Below are positions 11,348-21,874 of a stretch of DNA of 64,000 nucleotides, in pieces. Source of the stretch: Tubiluchus corallicola. Lineage: Eukaryota > Animalia > Priapulida. Location of the stretch: assembly GCA_030141605.1 (NCBI GenBank), contig JAQGDQ010000057.1, forward strand, positions 310,001 to 374,000. Reading direction: 5' to 3'. Under the pieces are notes generated by a model. It was not told the DNA's origin, searched no databases, and saw nothing but the letters and a program-made list of their open reading frames with translations. The position numbers were made by a program, and so were the translations under genes. The first letter of the stretch is position 1. Every line of letters begins with the position of its first letter.

Positions 11348-14300
11348 CTAAAAAAACGTCGTGTTAATAATTCTGGTGATTTTAAATGTACAAGATAAAC
11401 ATTATTCACTCAACACTTTTTACAAGTTCATGTTACGGCGTGCAAGTCAATCTTATGTTGAGTAAAATTTAACGATGAAACAGGTTTGTTTTTACCTGGC
11501 AACTTTTCTCCTGCTAGCTGGTACGTCATCAAAATGTTCGTTCAGTAAATGTATGCGCATGCCTTCAGCAACTTCAGCAATGTATGACTCCCAGACTATA
11601 CCTGTAGCAACAACCGGGAATACCTAAACAAAAGAAACATAGTCCTAAATTAATCACAGAACGCTGAATGTTTGCAGCAATTTGATAAGGGAGCATCTCA
11701 AATAATGAGCAGACAAAATAGCTAGATGGTTACATACACTGTGTGCTTGGCCTGCTTAGTAAGTAGATGGGCGACCGCTGTAAAAACTGCTTCTGAGCAG
11801 CTTCATATTTATATCAAACTCTCCAACAAGTCTTAAGAAAATCCGGTTGTTCACTCACTCACACTGACGGTACTGTCACACTTTTTTGGAAAAACACAGG
11901 AACTCATTACTAACCCCTTCATTTCTTATCTGAACTAGCCTGTGCTCTCTTGTACAGTTTTTTATATTGTGTATGTAGTTTTATAATCTGCATCATTTAT
12001 ATGTTTAATATAGTACTTTATTAGTTGATTTAAACGAAGAATAAAATAAAAACAAATGTTTCAACACCAAATGTATCAGTAATTTCATTACCAAATCCAA
12101 AAGCGTCTATCCAACTGTGTTGAAACTTATATTAGTTATTGATTAGTTAAAATGTCATTGACTTAAAGTACAAAATTGTTAGCAATTCGTTTATTAGTTA
12201 ATTAATTAGAATACCACCCGGTCAGTAAATAATAATTAACAAAATCACTTTAAAAACGCAATCATTTTACGCTTGGGTGCACTCATTTTAAATAAATATT
12301 CATCTTGTAATTATGGAGAAAATAAAATGCCCTTTGAATCTCAAAAAGTTTTTTTTTCAGAAGCTTTCATCCTTCACAGGCTTCGTCAGCTGTAAGGTAA
12401 AGATACAATAATAAAAATCATAAAAGTTACAGGTTCAACTACATGTGAAGTGTAAATATATAATGACATTAAAATAAAGGATATGAAATTCATTAAGAAG
12501 CTGTATTAAAAACTAAATTAGAAAAAAACAATCATTAAAAAGCAGAATTAAAAATTAAATTAGAAAAAAATATTACAATTACTAATTAAAAGAAAACTAA
12601 ATTAAAATTTGTATGTCCCAAGTCTTGAAAGACAACCAAAACTGACCAGTTCGCTTTATAAAGGTTTAGACCGACAAATCACTAGAGAAAACTTTTTGTG
12701 GCGTTTTAAAAGCCAATATTGTATCTACCCTTTGTCGTAACTACAAGTGTCTGTAGTGTATTAGTTGAACAAATACTGAACATTTCTGACATGAGATATA
12801 ATTATAAGGTATTTTAAGATATAAAAAAATTACAAAACAATACAGAAAATTGAAAATAAAAATGCAAGAAGAAAACTAAAAATTAAAAAAAAAATCAAGG
12901 ATAAAATATGTAAAAGACCAAGTTCAACTTAAATTGTTTTAATTTTAATTCAAAATTAGCCAACCCTTATAAATATTAATGGAAAGTTTGTATTTTTTAT
13001 TAATTCTGCTTCAGCTACATGATTTTTAGCTCTGAATAAAATAAATGCATTAAAAGCGTGTGATGGCAAAGAATTATGGTTTTTGTAATGTTTTCCCTAG
13101 GGGGAGGCAGCACTGTGATTTTTACAATCGGTTATGTGCTCCATTAAACGATCTCCAGCAGGACATTGTAAAGCAGACCTCACAAGTTTGTTTTTTAACT
13201 TAAAGTTTGTCTTTAACGTAAAGTACATGTTCAATCTTGCCCATGTAATTAACTGATAGAGTCAAATAAAAAAAGATAGAACTCCAGAATCTACATTGGC
13301 TTCAACTGTAAATTTTATCAAGGAATGAAATGAATTCTCAATTTGTGCGACAAATCAGTCGAAAGTATCCAAATTATTGCAACATATCCTAAAAATGTCG
13401 TCAACATAACGTTTCCAAAAAATGGGTCTATATTAACACGACTGAAGAATGAGAGTTTCTAGATTGTGCAGGAAAATCATGGCAAATGGAGGGGCTAAAC
13501 GATTACCCATGGGAAGCTCATCGTTTTGATAAAAATAAGAAACCGAAAATAACTATTTCACATAATCTCTGTCGAATTTCTTCTAAGTGTAACCTGGAAG
13601 TATTAACACTTGTTAATACATAGCTTCATTCAAACATCCACACCCTCACTAATGTGTATGCTTGGGTATAAAAGACACATCTAAGCTAAACAATATACTG
13701 GTTTTTGGAACACCACTTGGAAATTGTTTGTGAATATTGTGAAGAAAATGCCTGGGGTCAGACAGATGGGATGGTACATGTATCAATAACTGTTGCAAAA
13801 TACACTCAATTAACCATGAAGGTTTTTCACAAGGTGTTCCATTAGTGGAAACTACTGGACGCAGAGGTACATTCTTTTTGTGGTCTTCAATAACGTGATC
13901 TCCAATCTGTACATTATCTCAGAAAGACTTCCAGCATAGACCGCAAAATCAATCTCTTCACACCTATGCTGACTTACCCGGTCAACCTGGCGAAACCCGG
14001 TCCCTTGCTTAAGAGAGATACGAGGTGGTAAAGGACCTTCAGAAAGAATAGTAACAAGTTCTGACGAATTATCCAACTGATTGTGCTTTGGTTCATCAGT
14101 AATGTTTACTGGGCTTTCTCAGAAAGATAACTGCTATGTCCAGGTTCATTAACTTTTTAGTAATTCGTTATTTTTTCTAATTTAGTTTTCAATACAGCTT
14201 CTTAATGAATTTTGTATCCTTTATTTTAATGTCATTGTATACTTGCTTACACTTTACGTATAGTTTTATCTGCAATTTTTTATCATTGTATGGTTTTTAT

Positions 14301-17300
14301 TATTGTATCTCTACCTCACAGCTGACGAAGTCTCTTAAGGATGAAAGCTTCTGGAAAAATAAAATGAGATATAAAGACTTTATCTTCTTTATGATTATGA
14401 CTATGGCAAGTCTCAGAAGAACACTATCTTATTTTCAAGCTAGCGAACAATGATATCATTGGCCAACTGAAGAAAAGCAGAATTTTTTTAAAAGAATTAG
14501 TTATCTAGTTAGCTTGTGATATTTTTGACTAAAACTAGATAAGTTATAAGCAAGACTGTAAAATGTGTGGTTATTTCAACATTATTAATTGTACGTTAGA
14601 AAACACTGAACACTGAGCCTTGTCTTCTCTTTTAAGAAGGTCCTGTTAGTGACTGCTAGACCTGACCAAGATGCGAAAATAAAAAACCAACAGAAGCAGG
14701 GAAAAGTAAATCAAGGCTCTGATATCAACTGCAAAATAAGCACATTTTAGCTTCATACACATCGAAAAAAAATTCGAAAATCTGAAAAAGCACCCTTACA
14801 CAATTAACGAATAGCGTACCCTAGCGTCTGAATGCGACAGCTCATTATGCAACTTATGAAGTTCAATCGTAGACCATGACCATTCTCTGCAGCCAAAATA
14901 TGCTAGCACGCTAGCCATCGAGTGAATGCTATTCATAGTCCTAACGAATCTGTAATATTCAAGTTTTCTCGGTTACAATAATTAGAAGAATCGAAGCCCT
15001 TCGCAGCTGGAAACAAAACAACAAATACAGATATCATGTTAAAAATACCGAAAGCTAAAAATTAAGGCTAAAGTTTACAATTATCCACACACACAAAAAT
15101 TAGTTCGTGAATCGAATTTAGGTTAAGGTTAGGGTTAGGATTTGGGTAAATTAGGTTAGGAAAGGGTTAGGGTTAGGGTGAGTTAGGCAAGGGTATTTAA
15201 ATTGAGTGGGAAATTGTAAACTTCTTCCAAAAATGACTGGAGGAATTATGTCTCTGCCTACAGTTCTAACTATATTTGCAGGTTAAGTTTTCAGGCAAGA
15301 ATTTGAAAGTTATTCTGACTAGTTAAAGGGACCAACATCCAGAAGATAAAAATATTTGCTATGTTTGCCATACCAAAAACATTTTCGTTAGCTAAAGACC
15401 GAGTTTCTAACATCTTACTTCGTTTTCTTGCCTTGCATTCGTCCAATGTAGTCAAACAAGTGAGCTGGTAAGGTGTGGTAGAGCAAGGTCAAAAACTTGT
15501 AGAGCCATCTATAAATTATGTAATAATTGAAACACATTTGCCTCTTGTAAACAATGAAATTAAAAAGTTATTAAGTTAGTGCCATATAAGAAATTCAGTA
15601 TTCTGTCGAAATACACTACTATAAAAATACTAATCCTAGCGCATAATGTTAATGATACAGAAAGTTATAAAATATAAAGCATGTAGTGACAACCATAAGC
15701 ATGTAATTACGCCCTGGCCATCATATGAATACTTCATCTTCTTTTTAAAACGTTGACGAGCTAATTCTAGTTTGTCTAAATATGTATAGACACACACTTG
15801 CAATTTACGGTAACGGTAAATCTAATTCGTCATGTAATGGGCGGGTTGCCATATGAATCATGTATTGTATCTGGAGTCATGAATAGGTCACTGATGGATG
15901 CCAAAGTTGCAGGCACCGTAGTTGTGGGGACTATGACTGTGGCCACAGTGGTTGTGGGCAATGAGGTTGTGGGCAGAATGGTTGTGGCACCGTAATTGCG
16001 GGTACTGAGATGGTTGGCACCATGCTTCTGGTACCATAATTGCAGTTACTGCGATTGTGGACAGCATGGTTTTGGTGCCGTAATTGTAGGTACTGAGATT
16101 GTAGGCAGCATGGTTCGTAAATGTGGGTACTGAGATTGTAGGCAGCACGGTTGATCTTGATTCCCCCAATCTGATAAATCCTACATACGCTGATGTTGTG
16201 CAATAAAGCAATGGTCTCCTAATCGGGTCCTTGTATGGATGATGGCGAAGATATTCCGAGCTTATATCACCTGGAAGGAAAACATTAATTCGTAGAACAA
16301 TAAACAATAAGAGAACAGCACTTGAAAATGAATGAGCCAACAAATCATTGATATTGCAGTGTATAAGAAACATTGGACAACTGCGTGTGCATGTGCACGT
16401 ACATACAAAGCAGTCGGACAGCAGATGTCATTTATGGAAGAAATATGCGGGTAATTTAAAACTTATCTAGTTTAAGGAAGGCATCCGTAATATTCTGTTA
16501 ATAGTCTAGGTTCAAATCCTGAAAAAGTGCTTCCATAAATTTCAAGGGACATTTTTTTCTAAAAGTGGGCAACATAGACAATCATTTTACTTTGACTATG
16601 TTGAATCCGAAAAAGCTATTGCCAGCTCGAAAAATTAGCGGAAACGGGTTAAAAACGCAAAAAAAAACAAAATGACCAGCTATTTTTTGCACAACCAACG
16701 TAAATTAAAACAAATTTCCAGAAAATTAACATTAAAAAGCCATTATGACAGCCATTCCAAGGTAGTTGGACCTGTGGAACCCATTCTCGGTCATTTCAAA
16801 AATGATGACCGTTCAAAATGTTCGCCACTAGACTAGAAGGAAATCATGAAAAGGTGCTTCTATAAAGTTCTAGCAGCTTTTTTTATAAAAGTAGGCAACA
16901 TAGCCAGTCTTATCAATGTGACCATGCTGAATCCGAAAAAAGCTGTTACCGGCTTGAAAAATTAACGGAAAATGATCAAAAACGCACAAAAAACAAAATT
17001 GTTCCAAATTTTTGCGCATATAAATCAACACAAATTTCTCAGAAAATTTATATTACGAAGTGGTGATGGCATCTATTCCAGGGCCTTTGCAAACCATTTT
17101 TGTTGCTTTTGTTAGAAAAATGATCGTGATTTTCGAAATGGCCGCCACACAAAAAGAAATTATGCCGATCAATTATATTACCTGTTTCACCTACAGATTT
17201 TTAATAAAAACAAAAAGCAAGTCTTTTTTATTAATTCGACCATTAGCCTAGACTAAATACTCTTATTAAGAAATAAGCAAAAAAAGAATATGGCCGCCGG

Positions 17301-20300
17301 ATCCCCAATGTATATTGCGAAAAATTGCTCATTTCACCTGAAAGTTACGAAATTTAGCACCTGTCATTGTGATTAATTTTGGATAAAAAAACTCTCCAAT
17401 ATGGGCACCATTTTAAAGATGACCAAGAAGATGGCTCGCTAGCATATAAAGATTATATATTAACCATTAGAACAGATAAGATGATGATCTTGCTATTTAA
17501 ATATAAGCTTTAATGGTCAAGTAATCCAAAACTAAGGCTTAAAAACGTCTATGTGCTCTAAGCTCTATACGGCTTTAAGAAACTAGCAAAAGCCTTCCAT
17601 CTTCCAGGCCATTTTGAAATGGCTGCAATATTTGATGATTTTCACTTTGGTGGGGTTTAACTTTGTGCAAAGTGTCGTAACTTTTAGGTGAAGTGAGCGA
17701 GTTTTTTCGCCATTCTGCAAGAGACTATTAATTTGGGATCCAGGTCAATTTCGAGGTAGCTGCCAAGATGGGTGAGGGAGCTAGAGTAACTGCCAAGATG
17801 GGTGAGGCAGCTAGACTAACTGCCAAGATGGGTGAGGCAGCTAGAGTAGCTGCCAAGATGGGTGAGGCAGCTAGAGTAACTGCCAAGATGGGTGAGGCAG
17901 CTAGAGTAACTGCCAAGATGGGTGAGGCAGCCAGAGTAACTGCCAAGATGGGTGAGGCAGCTAGAGTAATACTTGAATATATTGCATGTTCTAAGGCAGA
18001 TAAGATGATAATTTTAATGTCTAGATAGAGGGCTTTAAAAGTAAAAGTGTCCATAGATTCGTGTCCAATGAGGCAGCCACTTTCAAGATGGCTTTAGAAC
18101 AAGATTTCTATCGCTAGCATCAGAAAAAGTCGACATCACAGTTGTCAGAGCAAATAAGATGACGATTTTGGTTATGTAAATGGAATTTTCAAGGTCAAGG
18201 AATCCACATCTGGTGCCAGGGCAGTGATTAATGCCTGGACCAGCATTACCTGCCTGAGATACCACTGCTCTGTGTTACCCAACAGTGTGGTATATGTTTG
18301 AGAAATTGACACCAAAAAACCTTTCCTTCCTAGTGAACAAGCCTTTGCGTGCTTTGCAAACTGACGTCAATGTTCTAGCTTTGTCATATAGGAGTACAAC
18401 AAAGCACTCCAGCACAGGCATGAGTTCAGTCAATAGTTCTGTTCTAGTAGTGTTTCTTAAAGATACAAATGCTTCTGCTATGTGGCGAAGCCCTCTTTTT
18501 TTCTCTTCTGTAAAAACTGAAACCTCGTCGCAAACAGTATTGGCATGGCATTAACATTTTTTCTACGGTGTAAGATACGGTGTTTATAAGCTAGCAGCAG
18601 CTACCTTTTCGACCATTTTGAAAATGTTAGTCATATTGCTACTACCCTAAATCCTTGACCTTTAAAGTCAACATATAGATACTACTATCATCGTCCTATT
18701 TACCTTAGACCGGCCAATATAGCTAATATATTACATAAACGGCTACAAGTATTTTGGCAGCCGTCTTGAAATGTCCTATTGTCTTCTTAATGTTAATTTT
18801 CTGAAAATAAAAATGGCGGCCATTTTTTGCGGTTTTTAATCCTTTTTCGCTAATTTTTCTAGCTGGCAATAGTGTTTCTCGGATTCAGCACAGTCAAATT
18901 GATAAGACTGGCTATGTTATCCACTTTAGAAAAAAACTGGTTCTAGGGTTCCACTTTTCTGAAAATGGGACTAGGCTATAATCATTGTTTAATTATTTAA
19001 TCAGTAATCTTTGATAGAAGAATACAAGCTTACGTATGCGTCCCCATGTTAACCGTTTTATATCGCTGCTAGAGCTGTTGTAGATTGGTATCTCTCCTCC
19101 CTTGTTTGTAGCTGCTTTCCAACCACCTACTATGAGGGCATTAGACACGATATCAACGGGAATAAGATCACAGAGTTTATCGTTATCAAGGCTAATGGCA
19201 CGAATGTATCCTTTACCCATCTGCAAGAAGGAATAGTAACTATATTGCTGCAACATTAAGTTGCCACCACCACTACTACAAAAACCATCTCCACACCAAC
19301 ATCAAGAACAGCAATAGCAACAACAATATTGTTGTTCTTACCACCATTATTACGCCATGAATATGAGCATAGGTATCGGACCATCCTCTTATTGGATCCT
19401 CCCTCCACATGGCGCTGACTAGTGTTGGCCGCACTATTACTAATGGCAGATCTTTGGCTTTATCAGCTAACAGACATTCGGCCATTAGTTTTGTGTAAAC
19501 GTACGTATTAGGCATGTCACCTAGCAGCTGTGGTGTCATCTCTTCCAGGATTTCGTCATCTACGCTCCTGTATCGGAAAATCAAAAATCTTTTCTTAAAA
19601 AGTCAGAAAAACATGAAACACCTAAACACTAAATCACTTAATGTTTTCAAGTGTCATAACGACACAGTTATCTCTGTGTATGTGAGAACAGGAGTAATTT
19701 GGAGTCACGATTGTGACAGAATACACCTAGGCCAGATCAGAAGTCAGGTCGTAATAATTGAAACATAAAGCGAAAATGTGCCACTTCGTAAGGCACATTC
19801 TGCTATATGTAACCACCCAATTTCACATCAAAATTTCTGCTAGTGGACGGCATAGTCAACGAAGCACTTTAATTAAAAAACAACTCGAAATTTAGAAACG
19901 AGAGGATTTTCGCAAATTTTTAACTCACCCCTAAACCATCTGGTTTAACTACTTCTAGTGTCTGAGTGAAAAGGAAAACTCTGCTTAGAAACTGGGTAGG
20001 CAATAAGATTTTAAGTTTGCATCTACCCATTTTCCTCCATCTTATTGGAAGTGAAAACGGATGTTCGTGATTTCAAAATTGTTCTGTAATTTGCATGGAA
20101 AACATCTGTTACATGTGATTCTTCCAGTTGCTAAAGTAAATCACAATAAATGCTCTTATAGCATGCCTAACTACAAATGCAGTATTAGCCCAACAAAGTT
20201 AACTGACTCAATGGACAATCAGAATTGCTTAATGATCTAACTGGAAAATTGTATCCAAGCTTACCTGTACAGTTGTTTGTTTATTGAAGTCTTACGGCAA

Positions 20301-21721
20301 TGTGTTTTCATGAGAAATGAAATAATTTTAAATGAAAAACACATCACTTTACCGCCACCACTCCCACCCTCACCCATAAAAAGTTAGTGCCATTGTGGTT
20401 TCATGGCATCGTTTATTACTTCATTATAATATAATACGTACTCTACAATATCAATTATTCTTCTGTAATCCGTGCCAAATTCATAGAACTTCTCCATCAG
20501 TTTTGGAACGTCAGTTCTGACAAATCCTGTCGAACAATGGACGACTGCCTGCAATGATGTTTCATTTTTGCGTTATTTTTAAGTTCTTACTTGGCCAGGA
20601 TACTAATGATTAGCTTTCCGTTTGTATTTATTGACTTGTTTCTGATATCTACAACAAGAAACAGCAGCAGTATTTTTCTAGATAGACTTGAAAAACATTG
20701 TTACCTTCATGTATGTTGAATTTATATGAATTGTTATACCGCAGTCTAAACTCGATTCGGCATGTTATCTCGTATCAAAATATCGTGCCATATTATTACT
20801 ATTTTTCGCTTTTACTTTGAGTTCTTCTTTATTTTAAAAGCGAATGTGGGACAACCATTAAAAATTAGTCGTTAGGATTGCATACACAGACTCTCACGTA
20901 ATGTTAAGTCATTTTTGTTCAGACGAGGAACTGCTCGAGGAATTTTGCCGCACGTCCTCACTGTGAACGCGCCTTGCTGTTCTACTTTCTACTGCAGTAA
21001 TCTCTAGCTATCGTATAAACACGGCAATCTAGCAACATTCGTGCTTCGTACAATATTGCTATTCGAAAGTTTTTTAACTATGAATGCGGCACCCATGTCT
21101 GTAACTTGTGCACATAATCATATTGATTATTTTAAAGAGCGCGTTCAAATTAGAGAGTTCTGTCGCAAATTATTGAAAAGTCAGCGAGATTTGCTGATAA
21201 TGTCAACTTGCGCAACAACTTGCAAAGCCGTTCACACTTGCAGGTTTACTCTCAGAGAGAACATGCGCGAGAACTTCTGAGAGAAAACTATTTAGTCTGA
21301 GCCGTAAGGTCTGACTGCGTAAAAGGTGTTTTAACCTAAGAAATAGAATTTTAAATAGCAGTAATATGTTCTTATCTAGCGCAAGTTATGCAGATATTCG
21401 ATATAAGTCATTGTGCTTCCAATGTTGAAATTAATAACCTCTTCGTTTTTTACCTAACTCACCTACGTTCCTCTTCTACAGTTTCTTATCATGTGTATAT
21501 AGTTTTACATTCTGCATCTCTTATTTGTTTTATATAGTACTTTTGCGTATTGACTTAAACATAAAATAAAAAATAAAGTCGATTATTTTACCTGTAACTG
21601 GGTGCAATGTTTACATAAGTTGATCATATCTCTAACAGCAAATACGTTAGTATTCATTGCAACCCTGCAAAAACAGAATGTTGTTTTCTAAGCTTTACAA
21701 CAATCTAGGCAATAGCTAATA

Positions 21722-21754
<33 letters not shown>

Positions 21755-21755
21755 C

Positions 21756-21792
<37 letters not shown>

Positions 21793-21802
21793 AATAATGA
21801 TG

Positions 21803-21874
<72 letters not shown>

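Larger units (their letters stand above)
12330..14400 (-). mobile_element. Decayed Penelope-like retroelement flanked by inverted pseudo-LTRs, in FAR intron
   Basis: Minus-strand remnants HKKNVPLRPVVS, SLDV..LYPSI, LPMGNRLAPPFAMIFL and WKRYVDDIF are PLE RT motifs; about 12330-12560 is an inverted copy of about 14165-14400. Confidence 0.85.

Noticed and set aside
17728-18054. Repetitive ORFs on both strands
   Set aside because: Translation of the 30-bp minisatellite inside a transposon
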